Assembly: GCA_951406725.2 (NCBI GenBank)
Contig: OX597822.1
Coordinates: 14,756,001 to 14,820,000 of the forward strand
From: Octopus vulgaris
Lineage: Eukaryota
Direction of reading: 5' to 3'
DNA: 64,000 nucleotides
Shown: positions 48,871 through 62,530 of the stretch, in pieces
How the letters are laid out: every line of letters begins with the position of its first letter
How positions within the stretch are numbered: the first letter of the stretch is position 1
Made by a program: the position numbers and the translations under genes
Notes under the pieces: model-generated
What the model was told of the DNA's origin: nothing
Seen by the model: only the letters and a program-made list of their open reading frames with translations
The model's database searches: none

Positions 48871-49911
48871 CACTTCTGTGGATAGGGATGACATATTTCA
48901 CTGTCCGTTTGGTCGATAGTTCTGATTTCTCTACTTTTTATCGGAAGCCAGCTCTGAGCTGTCCTTTTTTACTTGGTCAGTTGGTTCTACCTTTCATGCC
49001 CGTCCTTTGAAACATAACATTGCATACATTTCCCTTTTACTGGCATTCAACGTTGAGTTCCCTGCTTTCTCTTTTGACAAATGGTGTTAACTTCTGTTTT
49101 TGTATTTTTAAAAATGATTTAATAATTCACGTGACCACTTCTGCTGTATCTCATTGGTCTTATTCCTATGAGCTTAGAATACATTAATCAATAACTACTA
49201 ATTCCGTCAGCAAGTACGATGATAAAGACGCAACCGTAGTTCTCTTTTTGTTTTCCTCCCATCCTTGAAGCAATTACAAGAAAGTACAGTATGTGATGAG
49301 ACAAGCTCCAAACCGGTTTCAACTCCAATTTACGCTTTATTGGAGGCTGAAACAGTTTTTCCTTGACTTACATCCCAAATAAATTTAGAAAAAAAAACAC
49401 ATCGTAGTTCTCATTTATTCTACGTTAAAATATAGAAGTTTCTGTTTTTTTTTTAAATTTGTGCTTATATTTCTAGTACATACGTCTACCAAACATCAAA
49501 CTACTCGGATTACATTTGTTCGTCTACTTGTAGATGGCCTCCCTGGGATATTTCAACTCGGTTCTATTACTGTATTCCAAGTCAGCTGAAATCCAGTACC
49601 CGCCCTCTTTTCATAATACGTACACACATATACACATACACAAGTATAGATATACATTTACACACACACACACAAGCACGCACGCACACCCACCCACAGG
49701 CACGTACACGACCACCAACACATTATAGATTATAATATATGTCTATATGTATTTATATGTGTGTGTGTGTGTATAAATATGTGTATATATATATATATAT
49801 ACACATACATACATCTCTCTCTCTCTATATATATATATATACACATATATATATATACACACATATATATGTATATATATATACACATATATATGTAAAT
49901 ATATATATATC

Positions 49912-49983
<72 letters not shown>

Positions 49984-49985
49984 AA

Positions 49986-50027
<42 letters not shown>

Positions 50028-50030
50028 GCG

Positions 50031-50062
<32 letters not shown>

Positions 50063-52086
50063 CACGCGCACACACACATATATATATGTCTTTGAAGATG
50101 ACCGGATAGCAACTTTACACTTTATCGTTGCTGGGGCGGTTTATTAAGGCAATAGTGGCATATGAGTTCTCATTTAAAGTGCTGTACACAATACCACAAC
50201 ACAATAACCGATTTTGAGTTAGAGGTTACCAAGTAAATTGATAGTGCGCGCGCGTGGGTGTTGATTAGTCTTGGTTGTGTCAACGGAGGAGAATACGGTT
50301 CGCTGAAGAGCTTTGAGAAATGCGAATCTTGTCAGTCTCTTTTATCAGCTTGTTTTAAAGATCAAAGCCACTGCAATCTTTATTTCATATCAAATTTGAT
50401 CAACTGATTATTTCATTTGCATACTGCTTGTAGATTTTTAAGACGCTCTAGTGAAATTTTTGTCTCGTAATTGCCAGGATAATGTCTTGCGATCGAAGTT
50501 TTTCAACTCAGTATATTACATGCTGGAGAGCGTACAACTCTTCTTCAATCCATCTGGCTATTAATACGATTTCTAGCAAATATATTCAAAGGCTGTAGCA
50601 CTGCAAGACTCAAGAGATTTAGTGATAATCCTAATCTATAAATACTCTTTTTAAAATACGTAAAACGAAACTTCATAAACTTCGTCATGGCTATCGCAAC
50701 TTAACAACAATCAAAGAACCGTCGTGTTCCGGTATTTTCTCAAGGAAACATGCATTAGTAACAGACAGAATCTCTTGCAGCGATCTAGTTGACTTATTTA
50801 TATGTCATAAAGGTGCGTGGCTCATCGGTAAAGGCTGTTCATCACATTAACATAAGGAAATGTGTTCAATATCCGACAGAGCATTGCGATATATCCTTGA
50901 GCAAAGCACTTAGATTCAAGTTGCTGCAGCACACAGTTTATTTACTTAACGGTACTGAAAAAAATAACAAACGAAAATAACAAAAATAACAAAAATTAAA
51001 ATAGCAGATGTTACTAAGCTCACGAGCCAGTGTTTGTTGCTTTTCACTGTGTTATTTAAATTTTTCTCAGCGATAATATGACAAGAGGAAGCACAAGAAA
51101 TTTACGAGGAAGCCATATTTGGTTCACAGAAATATGGCTTATCTGGTATTAATACTTATCTGGTATTAAAATGCTGCAACAATTTTAATTGTAATGTTTA
51201 GTATACTTAATGATATGTAAAGTCTATTGTGTTAGAACAATAAAATATTATGCATTTTGATCTTCATAATTTTCTTTTATTCATGTGATATTTTTGTGTG
51301 TACGTTTTGTGACTTTTTAAGCCTTTTATTCAGTAAAGAAAATAGTGCTCAAGTTCCTTTACAGGATTTTCAAGTGTGACGAGAAGAAGGGAAGATGATA
51401 GGAATGTATCCTTCGAAAGGGTGGTCTGACCTGAATGCTTGTAAAGCAGTCGGCCCCTCTAAAGATTGTCAAAATGTCATGTGATGAGTTTAATTGAATT
51501 AAGTTTACCAGTTAGACCGAGTTGAAATTTTGACGTTTTAACGTAGATAACTGGAACAATTTTCTCAAAATAGCGAGTCTCACGTTCATAAATTTTCGCC
51601 ATTCCTCTGCCTAGGATTCGTACTTTTGCTATAGACCCAGAAAGAATGAAAGGCATTTTTGAACTCTGCCAGGTTTGAGCTCCAAGCACACAGTGTTGAC
51701 ACAAATACTGCAATGCGTTTTATCCGATGCTCTAACACCGTTTAGGAAGAAGTGACTTTTCGATTTTATTCCGTTTGGCGTTTCTTGTCACAACGTTGTC
51801 TGTCGGTATGACAGTGAATTCCTCCAAAGTTTCTGGAGGTGATATCTGATGATGCTTTCCTTTTTCTAATGTGTCAATATACGAAATTTTTGTTGCAAAG
51901 TTCCTTAAGAGAAAACAGACGCTACTTGGCTTAACAAAATCTATAAGAAAAATTTTTGAAGTAGAATTTTCTGATGTAGAATTTTCGAAGGAAACCGAGA
52001 ATTTGGCGATAACTGTTTTCAACCTCGTATATCTGTCACTGTGCATGCAGAAACACATATATTAGAGACGATAATATGTCCGATTG

Positions 52087-52395
52087 TGGAGGCGCAATGG
52101 CCCAGTGGTTAGGGCAGTGGACTCGCCGTCGTAGGATCGTGGTTTCAATTCTCAGACCGGGCGCTGTGAGTGTTTATTGAGCGAAAACACCTAAAGCTCC
52201 ACGATACTCCGCCAAGGGATGGTGGCGATCCCTGCTGTACTCTTTCGCCACAACTTTCTCTCACTCTTTCTTCTGTAGGCCTGCTCGCTTATCCCGCAGG
52301 GTGGCGTCATTTGAAGAGTAAAACAATGCGAAGCGCATTGTGACCAGTGACGTGTAGCAACATCTGCTAGCCTGGTCGGTCACGTGATCACGTGA
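52087..52395 (+). mobile_element. tRNA-derived SINE related to 48572-48870
   Basis: tggaggcgcaatggcccagtggttagggcag...gagcgaaaacacctaaagctccacg. Confidence 0.75.
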
Positions 52396-52541
52396 GTAAA
52401 AAAGTCAAAAAAATATTTCCGATTATGTTCGCTTGGTTTGGATAAAGTACGTTAGATATGGAAATATGAAGGTAGCCGAGGAATGAAGGACAGAGTCGAT
52501 GTATGAAAGATGGTTTGTGACTAGATATTATTATTTCAATA

Positions 52542-52786
52542 TTATAGAAAACTTGATACGTCAGATATGTTGCTCTCAGCTCTGTATCGACATTCTGCGT
52601 CTGGTGATATCTCTAGCGTTAAGTCATTCAAAGTATAAAGACTCTTCGTTTTGCCTTGACTCATTCGACTCATGGACATCGATATTGAACGGGATCTGGA
52701 CAGCTTCGAATTCGAACGTACCATCCCATTTCTCTCGAGCACCACAATTACTATTCCCGTGAAACACGATATTAATGTGGCTATTC
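52542..52786 (-). CDS. Terminal coding exon of the third SLC16/MFS-like gene (end of TM12 + Ser/Arg-rich tail)
   Basis: Strong pyrimidine tract ttctattttctattattctag|G on the minus strand. Encodes GIATLISCFTGIVIVVLERNG...DVSSFL*. Non-repetitive sequence. Confidence 0.75.
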
Positions 52787-53244
52787 CTAGAATAATAGAA
52801 AATAGAATAAGCGAAATCAAATATATTTTAATTAATAAATCAGCAATATTTGAAAGTAGTGATGAAAATATATCGAGAAAATGGCGCTCAGTTAGTGTGT
52901 GTGTGTAAACACACACACATATAAGCATGTAAACATACATACACATAAATACTACGTAGCAGACATACAAACTTGACTAGAAAATTTGAATATGTCTTCT
53001 AAGAACAAAAAGAAAATGATGAACTGTCTTGAACCTTACAAGGGTCTCATTAGAGGTGTGTACATTACTTAAGCCACCCCAAAGAAACAAGAAGCCAATC
53101 CGTTCAATATATACATCGAGTCGAGTCGCTTCAGGGTATTGAAGAGGCTAATTTGCATGCTCTAATGTTTTTTCTAACACACACACACGCACACACACAC
53201 ACGCACACACACACACACGCACACACACATGCACACACACACAC

Positions 53245-53288
<44 letters not shown>

Positions 53289-55194
53289 AAATATACATAC
53301 ACGCACACATCTACTTCCAACTTTCTAAAGTCGATCATTACATTTATTATATATGCACAAAAGTTTTGCTTCAAAAAATTACAGGCCAGCTTCATAAATT
53401 AATCAAATATTTATAACCTAAAATAATTCATTAATCTTTCTTTTCTCATCGTTTTTTAAAAAGTGCTGTACAGAGATAGACTGAAATAAAGTAACCTTGA
53501 AAGGAGTTAACAGTATGGAGGAGGGCCGTACAAAACACTTTATGAAATGTAGTTCAGTTCCTTTACCTTTCTGAGTTCAAATCCCCGGTCACCTTTTATC
53601 TCTCGAGGGTCTATAAATAGAATATTCGTTAAGTACCAGTGCTAATCTGACACCCCCGAACGAATTTTTCTAATTCCTATTTGTTCTTTATGGACTGATG
53701 GGGGCGTTAACACTAACGGTCATAGTATGTGACCGGGGAACGACTACGTAGGGTTTTGTTAACTTTGAAACAATGATAGAACAACCACACATAGCTCTGC
53801 TAATTAATGGACTTTGTGGTCCACCCTTCATTTACACAAGGTGGATCGATACGAAGAAGGAAAATCATGAATACTGGTCGGTCGATAAAACAAACGCCAT
53901 ATATTTATATAAAATGTTCTCATGTTGCATCTACAAAAGGTTTTAAAGTCTACGTTAATTGACTTTTATTGCGGTTGTGAGTTACGCTGCATTTGTCTGT
54001 TTTACTGGTTAGTCAAAATAAAGAGCACCTCAATCGTTTTGAGACAGTGGTGACACACCCAGGACGTGATGGCATAAGTACTAATAGTCAAGTGGCGCAC
54101 CCTAAACACCAAGAATAAAAAGTTAGAAAACCTCTGCTCTTTGGTCTACGCCTTCATGTAGTATATTAAAAATCAACCTGGGTATACGCAGTTCCTCATT
54201 CTTCAACCAATCGGCTGTGGTTTGAAGTCATTCTCAGAAGAAATAAGTGTATTTGTAAGTCTTTAATCCAGATCAAACTCATTTTGCAGCCATAAGCGAA
54301 TAAAAAGTTTATCAACATTTTACAGACGTTGAACTCTCCCCAGTACGACATGTATATATATGTATATATATATATATATATTGTTTATCTTTTACTTGTT
54401 TTAAGTCATTAGACTGCGGCCATGCTGGGGCAACGCCTAAAAGAATCTTAGTCGAACGAATCGACCTCAGTGCTTATTTATTTCAGCCTGGTATTTATTC
54501 GATCAGCTCTTTGGCCGAACCGCTCAGTTACGAGGACGCAAACACACCAACACTCGTTATCAAGCGGTCTGCCAAATCCACTCACAAGGTGCCACACTGT
54601 CGGATTGAACCTAGAACTATGTAATTGAGAAGCAAACTTCTTACCACACAACTACGCCTACTCCTATATTGGCACATAAATTTAAGAAATGTTTTTGGGG
54701 CCCTAGGCCTAATAAGACCGGGTACCTGATTTCCAATGCGTGTAAATAGCCGAAATTACAAAATACCTTTGAACAGGACGCGTCCGTTGCAGGTTTTATG
54801 GCCAGCAATTTTGTAGGGATCTCAAGTGGAGGTGTTTGAAATCTGAAAGTGAAAGTATGATGAATCAAGCTCAATCCTTGCTTGATACTTTATTTTATGA
54901 TCCCAATCTTAACCTGAGGAAAGGTTAAGTCGATATCGTCGAAACTTAGTGGCTAAAACGCTGCTAGGAATTTTTTCTGAGGGGCTACGACTTTACTAAT
55001 CCACTGTTTTCGAAGATGTTTGCGTAAGATGGTGCGAATTTCTTCTGGAATAAAATAGCATTGATAAGTAAATATTATCAATTAATTCGCATGGAAAGCG
55101 GGGAAATTAATAAATTCTCAGAAATGCAGTAAGGGATACGTTTTTGAGGGATGATTTATCAAGACAGTTTATTTAAGTCAGATAATATGCATAC

Positions 55195-55245
55195 CTGCCG
55201 CCACGAAACTAATCTCCGCATTCCCTGTCGACGTCATCAGCAAAC
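55195..55245 (-). CDS. 51-nt penultimate exon of a third, divergent SLC16/MFS-like gene (GLLMTSTGNAEISFVAA)
   Basis: Minus strand reads ttcattccag|GTTTG...GCGGCAG|gtatgc. Phase 1/1; splices in frame to 52786. Peptide resembles the MCT TM11-TM12 linker. Confidence 0.75.
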
Positions 55246-56431
55246 CTGGAATGAAATAATAGTAAACAGCGGAGCTTTTGTACTTTGGTGAATAATGTGT
55301 TTATGAAGTAACGAAAACCATAATAAACACATCCCTTAATAATTCTTTCAAAATTTGGCACACAGCTAGCAATTTGGAGGGGAGGGTCGAGTGCTTTATT
55401 GGGACTTATTTTTCTCGACCCCTAAAGGAGGAAAGGTAAAGATGACCTCGGCGGAATTTGATCTCAGAATGTAAAGATGGAAGAAATGTCGCTCAGCATT
55501 TTGTCCGGCATGCCAACGATTTTGCCAGATCATCGCCTTCATATCTTAATAATGATTTGTTATAAAGAACAAGATTAAAGATTTGTGGATGGAAATGGAA
55601 AGAAGAGTCAGTCATATTGAACCCTTTACTTCAGAGGTCTTTGTCGACCTTTGATGGAAGAAAACCGAAACTCGCTTCAGTAAAATTTGAATTCAGAACA
55701 TAAGGAAACTAAACAAAACATCGCTCTGTTCTGCTCATGTTTTAATGATTTCCGACAATCCATTAAATTTGCTATAACTGTTTCTAACATAACCATAAGT
55801 TCATCAGTTTTGAAGCGAGGGATTTTGTCGATAGCATTGACCCCAGTAATTAACTGACGCCGTCCTTTATGGATCATGGAAGGATAAAAGATAATATTGA
55901 CTGGAAAGACTGCGAACTGGTAGAATCGTTAGTTCGCTGTGCAAAATGTTTAGAGTCACTTCGTCCGTCTTTATATGATCTGAGTTCAAATTTCTTTCAT
56001 ACTTTCGGGGTTAAAATAAGCACTGGGGTCGGTGTAGTTGACTTACCACGTTTCCTGAAACTGCTGACCATGTGCCGAAAGTTGAAACCTGTTTAGACAG
56101 AAGAGTGGCAATTTTGAAAGGAGGGGGGTTTTGTCGTGCCCCAGAAATTAACTGGGACTTTATTTTATCGACTCCCCAAAGGATGAAAGGAAAAGTCGGC
56201 CTCGGCGGGATTTGAAGTTAAGTGGACCTTAATGCTTTCTGATTTAGGCATTATGGTCAGCAATTTTAAGAAGAGATTTGTGGATGCGATCGATCCTGGT
56301 TCTAACCAGACTGATAATTACAACACAAACACTAATAAATCTTACAAATTCAATAAAAATGATTTGTGATGTGTAAGGTTAATGGAAGAAGAATCTTTGG
56401 CAGATATGATCGTGGTGCATATAATAATAAA

Positions 56432-56760
56432 ATGCCCTGATGCAGTACCAGGCAGTGGCTCTCATGGCTACTGATCTTAACTGAGTGGAAGTGTTACGTT
56501 GTTCTGTGTTGGTATAAAAGATGGGCTACAAAAGATGGGCAAATATTCTGCTCAATACCACAGATTTGCTTGTCAGTTGTTTGACCTTAACCAGTTGAGC
56601 ATGTCCATCAGTAGCTGACGATATGTGCATCTCTGATCCTGTGTAAGGGGGGTGGGGGAGCATCATAGTCATGTGTTGAGAGGGATTATTTGGGGTTTGG
56701 ATAAGTTACCGCTAAAAACATGGGTATTTTGTTCATCATCCTTAAACAAACCTCATTCAG
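56432..56760 (+). mobile_element. Family F repeat copy
   Basis: Homology to 10894-11404; preceded by ataataataa. Confidence 0.65.
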
Positions 56761-57691
56761 GCAGCGACCTGGCAGAATCGTTAGCAAATCGGACAAAATG
56801 CTTCGTCCGCTTTTGCATGATGAGTTCAAATTCCTCCGAGGTGGACTTGACCTTTCATTCTTTTGGAGTCGATAAAATAAGTACCAGTTATACAGTGGAG
56901 GTTGAAGTAATCGACTCACCCACTCCCCGAAATTATGGACCTTGTGCCAAAATTTGAAACCACCACGATGATGATGATGACGACGACGATGATGGTGATC
57001 ATCATCACCAGTAGTAATAGAAGCAGCAGAAAATAAGAGTAAAACAACTTCCGCCCCCAATCAACCACCCCCAATAATATGACATTAACCGAAGTCTCTG
57101 CGGGTTCATACGCCCAGCTAGAAATAGCAGCCAAAACATCCTTTGAAGTATAATTTGCCGTTTTAAAAAGAAGGGCTATTAGAGAATACAGGACCCTGGT
57201 TGCCTTGTTCAAAGTGAAAAAAAAATAGGCGAAAGGGTCACGGCAAAAAAAACTATCGATCATAGACCTTCTTGATCAGCGTTGACCAGGAGAAAGCCTA
57301 AACTACCACCAACACCACCACCACCACCACCACCACCACCACCACTACTACCACCTCAACAACCATTACGACTGACACCTCCACCACCACCATGACTAGG
57401 AAAGGCAACATTGTTCTAACTTAGAACACAAACACCAATAAATCTTACAAATTCAATAAAGACGAGGAAGGAAGGAAGGGAGGAAGGAAGGAAAATATGC
57501 CGAGAAACAAAACTGGAGGGGAAGAAAAGGAAAACAAAAGAAAAAGAGGAAAGGATGAGAGGGAGAGAAAGAGTGAGAGAGAGTGAGAGAAAGAGAGATG
57601 TGGTAAGATAGATTGTGAGAGATACAGGAGAAATGGAGAGTGAGAAAGAGATAGGTAGATAGATAGGGAGAGAGAAAGCAAGAGAGAGAGT

Positions 57692-57734
<43 letters not shown>

Positions 57735-58408
57735 CGCCAAAATCTATTCTTGATAGAGAAAGTAGGTAAAAAAAACAAAAGAAAAAGCAAAGTAATTCTA
57801 TAGAAATGTCTTTCTTGTAGAATTTTGGCAAGAAATTTGATTGGAGAGGTTGTTTGAAACACATATTGTTTTATTCTGGCATTGCCACGTTTGCCAATTA
57901 ATAAACAAAGTTTGTGTTAATTATTCTATTCTTCATCGTTTGCGCTCACGCTCTTCCTCCCCCTCACTCTCTCCCTTTTTCACTTCATCCACTGTGACCT
58001 TATCGTTGTTGTAGCAACAGAGATCAGTGAACACGATATAAAGGTCTGAAGACATTCTTAATAACAAAAGACGCTGGGATTGCTCAGTGGTAAAAGACGT
58101 TCGTTGTATAACAATGTGGTAATTTCCTGTTCGATTCTACTGTGCGCATCCTGGCTCATGTTTCATCTATTTTGGATTTGGGTTGACCAATACGTGATTA
58201 ATATGCAATACATAAGCAACTTTACGCTGCCTTTTCTGTAGGACCGGTATCAGCTTAATACAGTTCTATATTTAAGAAGCAGCACATATGCTAGGACACA
58301 ACAACCTCCTAAGCAGACCGAGTGCAGATATGAACAGCATATGGGAACCGGTATTAAGGAAGGATAGGAAAATATTAGATTTATAAGCCTTAAAATTTAC
58401 TCCATAAT

Positions 58409-58520
58409 TGCCCACGGGCAAATGGCATAGTGGTTAATAGCGCGGGCTACTAGCCCCAAGATTCCGAGTTCGATTCCATGCAGTGACCTGAGCAATAATA
58501 ATAATAATAATAATAATAAC
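58409..58520 (+). mobile_element. tRNA-derived SINE head with (AAT)n
   Basis: tggcatagtgg (A box), gagttcgattc (B box); homolog of 17200-17287. Confidence 0.7.
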
Positions 58521-58929
58521 ATATGTTTCTTTGGTTAATATGAATTTAAGTCTTGCTGTCGATCATAAATTAATGCCTCGCCTAAATAATACTGAACAAA
58601 GACAAAAAACAAAACGGTAAATGTTAAGCTAAAAGCTGGAACCAGCGACAACTGATGGGTATGGAGCGGATGTGTTCGACCTGTGACAAACTGTCGTCCC
58701 CTTCATGGGTGGAGGGTGAGACTTGTCTTCTGAGTTGCTTAAACGTTGATTATAGATTAACAAGTGTATAACGATGGAGATGGATGCATTTATGTATAAA
58801 AATAACTTCCGGCTGTTTGTACACATACATTGCAAAACTAAGGGGGTTGGGAGTTCCTGACAGTTCCATATAGATAAGGTCAGATCGAAAAATGTAGGGA
58901 CTCGTTCTATAAAACTACAACACCTATCA

Positions 58930-59396
58930 GTTCGGCATTTAGTCTCCTTCGAAGTAATCCCTCTCTCAAGCCACACTCTTTATCCAGCGCAGTTTTCATT
59001 CACTGAAGCATACCTGGAACTCCTTTTTAAGATAATGAGCAGCTGACTCGTCGCGTTCTCTTGGATATCTTAGACATATTGGAATCTTGTGCCTTTCAGG
59101 TGGGATTTGATTTTTGGAAACAGGTAAAAGCGAAGGTATGATCAAACTTTTGGTAAAATTTGATGCTCAACATTCTCTGCCATGGTCAAGGATGGCAGCC
59201 CTGCTGTGTGGTGAGACGACCACACTCTACACACTTTACTTCCAAGAACTACATTAAATAATGGAAGTGAGAAGGTTATAACTTAGTGCGCATGCGCGAC
59301 AGAGCTCAAGGTCAATCTGTACCAAGCAGCTTCACTCTGCGTACTTTAGCTCCGTTACCATAGTTACAGTTCAGGTACATTTGATTATACATCGTA
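58930..59396 (-). mobile_element. Mariner-like relic
   Basis: Minus strand RWIKSVA*ERDYFE resembles the mariner C-terminal RW.KC....GDYFE; TIR-like end tacgatgtataatcaaatgtacctg. Confidence 0.5.
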
Positions 59397-59401
59397 TAAT
59401 T

Positions 59402-59453
<52 letters not shown>

Positions 59454-59528
59454 TCAAAGGAATATGGTACTTAAGTTAGATGCACCAGAATTTTGTATGG
59501 TGTTATCCATATAAATCCATGGGGTGAT

Positions 59529-59903
59529 TATAATCAAAATAAGCAACAAGAACAACTTCGGTACTTTTGTACGATCGTTTCACGCTACATCATTTTATTA
59601 AATGTTGTAAGTATTACAACAGTTTTAAAATGTTGAGCAATCATCAGCCATTAATAGAGGTTTTCCATTAATACATAATTTTCATATCTATTGATAACAT
59701 TATAGAGAATGTATCTTTGTCTATATATCTACCTTCTCTATAATGTTATCAATAGATATGAAAATTATGTATTAATGGAAAACCTCTATTAATGGCTGAT
59801 GATTGCTCAACATTTTAAAACTGTTGTAATACTTACAACATTTAATAAAATGATGTAGCGTGAAACGATCGTACCAAAGTACCGAAGTTGTTCTTGTTGC
59901 TTA

Positions 59904-59914
<11 letters not shown>
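59529..59914. repeat. Near-perfect palindrome, ~180-bp arms with 24-nt spacer, between (TA)n tracts
   Basis: 59529-59709 is the reverse complement of 59734-59914, with two mismatches seen. Confidence 0.95.
59793..59876 (+). ncRNA. Minimal type-I hammerhead ribozyme motif (mirror copy on minus strand at 59567-59650)
   Basis: tgg-CTGATGA-[long helix II with tgttgtaa/ttacaaca]-GAAA-C-GATC-G-TA-cca. Confidence 0.75.
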
Positions 59915-59948
<34 letters not shown>

Positions 59949-60226
59949 CACAGAGAAAGAAAGAAAGAAAGAGAGAGAGAGGGGGAGAATGTAGCAAAAG
60001 AGTATTGACTAGTGGTTAGTTTGTTGCACACACGATCATAAGATCCTGGTTTCAAATCCCAGGCTGGCGGTGCGTTGTGTTCTTGAGCAAAATACTTCAT
60101 TTTGCTATTAGTCCACTTCCCTCAACTGTAAATGGTTAAACCTACGGCTGACTGGAGTTCCGTTCAGGAGGACTGTTGAATCCTCACCACCACAAACTAG
60201 CACGTGGAGTTGTGTTTATACGTATA

Positions 60227-60307
<81 letters not shown>

Positions 60308-60536
60308 AAAATATATCAATATATATTTCTTTCATCCTCCGCAATAATAGTAACTTTGGTATATTCATATAGGCATAACAGTTACTTCTCATAAACTTAT
60401 ATACTTAAAAGTTACGCTAAGCTGTTACATTAACAGCAACGTATATAAATATGTGTCTACTTGCACACACGAGTATATCAAGAAATCCATTTCGACATAC
60501 TGATGTACGTATCTACATATATACATATATATATAC

Positions 60537-60627
<91 letters not shown>

Positions 60628-60872
60628 CTAAATGGTATGAACGTGAGGAAAATAGAATATACCAGCGTCCCTATGTATGTTTGGGTTGTGTTTGTGCGTA
60701 CTTTTCTTCAATACAAGTATATACATATACATATACATACATGCATACATAATATATATATATATATATATATGAATATGTACATATATGTATATATATG
60801 TGTATATATATATATATATATATGTATATGCATATATATGTATATGTATATATATGTATATATACATATATA

Positions 60873-60918
<46 letters not shown>

Positions 60919-62530
60919 GTATGTATGTGTGTGTGTAGATATGCCTGTTTCCCTTTATCTCTTAACATAAAATACATAGGTTTATATAATTAAGTTTGTG
61001 TACATGTGTGTGCGCATGTACACAGACACACAGACACAGACACACACACACACACACACACCCGTTCCTCTGCGCATACAAATATTTATAAAATCAGTGA
61101 ATTGAACCTTATATATGATTAATCTTTCGCAAAACCAATTTCATCGATAGGAAACATTTATAACTGAGTGTATAGTGAAGCCATGTTGTACACCTTTGTA
61201 CATTTAGCGATGATATGTCGGCAGATATAGCGAAAAAGTTCAATGGAATCGACTCGCCATTTAGATGTCAAGATATTAATCAAACAATCTCTTCCATTTA
61301 CCAAGTTTAGCTGTAGATTTAAAACACGTATTTGACCCAATGGACGTCACTCGGAGTCAAAGCAGCCAAGAAGTTGATGGGAAAAGTTAGAAGCGATCGT
61401 CTGCTTGATGAATACCGCAGTGTATGATTATAAATCGTGTTAGTTATGTCTTGTTTTTGTTTCCTATTTAATATCACAGTCGTCATTTCGATATGTAATC
61501 ACGTTCTGATGGAACAGATTCAGATGTAAACTAGTTTAGAGCAAAAGAATAGATTTTTCACAATCTAACTTCTACGAGTTAACTTTTAAATTACGAAATA
61601 TCGTCGCTGGTTAACTGGTTATATTTTAATCACGTCCATCTCGTGACCTTTATTGAAAATAATGTGAGACATCCCAAACGATAAACTTTGATACTATATT
61701 AGTAATAAAAGAGAGATACATTCTCTTCCATTTGCTAACACTTTAATTTCTTCTTTTTACCATTTCATCCTCATATCTCTTTTTACATCTGACACAGAGG
61801 TCTTTCGGCTGTCAGCTACGTTAACAAGAATTATATATAAACATGGCTGTTTGGTTAACAAGATATTTTATCGACTACGAAGCTTCCGGCTCAGTTCCAC
61901 TGCGTGCGAGGCTAACCGATGACTTGTGAGTGAATTTAGTGAATGGAAACTGTATGGAAGCCCGTCATCTCGTTCTTACTATTTTTTTTTCTTGTTACTT
62001 GTTTTAGCCATTAGACTGCGGTCGTGCTGGGCTACCGGCTTGAAGAAGTTTTAGTCGGATAAACCGACGCCAGTACTTATTATATTTTTAAGCATGAGAC
62101 TTATTCTATCGATCTCTTTTGCCGAACCGTTAAGTTACGGGGATGTAAGCACAGCAACACTGGTTATAATGTAGTGATGGGTGACAGACACACACGAAAA
62201 CACACATACACACACACACTCTCTCTCTCTCACATGGATACACATACACAAATATATAGAGCGGGCTTCCCTTTACTAAATCCACTCAGAAAGACTTGGT
62301 CGGTCCAAGACTATTGTAGATGACACTTGCCCAAGGTGCCACGCAGTGGGACTGAACCCGAAACCATGTGGTTGAGAAGCACGTCTCTTACCACACAGCC
62401 ACTTTTGCGCCTCTTTATATAGGTTTATGTGCATGTGTATTTGTGTTTGTGTTTGTAGGTATATATATATATATATATATAGATATATATATGTATGTAT
62501 GCATATAATATATATGTATATATATATTTT

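Noticed and set aside
52672-52908. Plus-strand 78-aa ORF
   Set aside because: Antisense shadow of the better-supported minus-strand terminal exon.
58409-58491. Possible tRNA gene
   Set aside because: A/B boxes are present but there is no clean acceptor stem or poly-T terminator; a diverged second copy and AAT tail indicate a SINE.
61140-61450. Unique, mildly GC-richer stretch as a possible upstream exon of the minus-strand gene
   Set aside because: No compatible acceptor/donor pair or MFS-like peptide found by eye.
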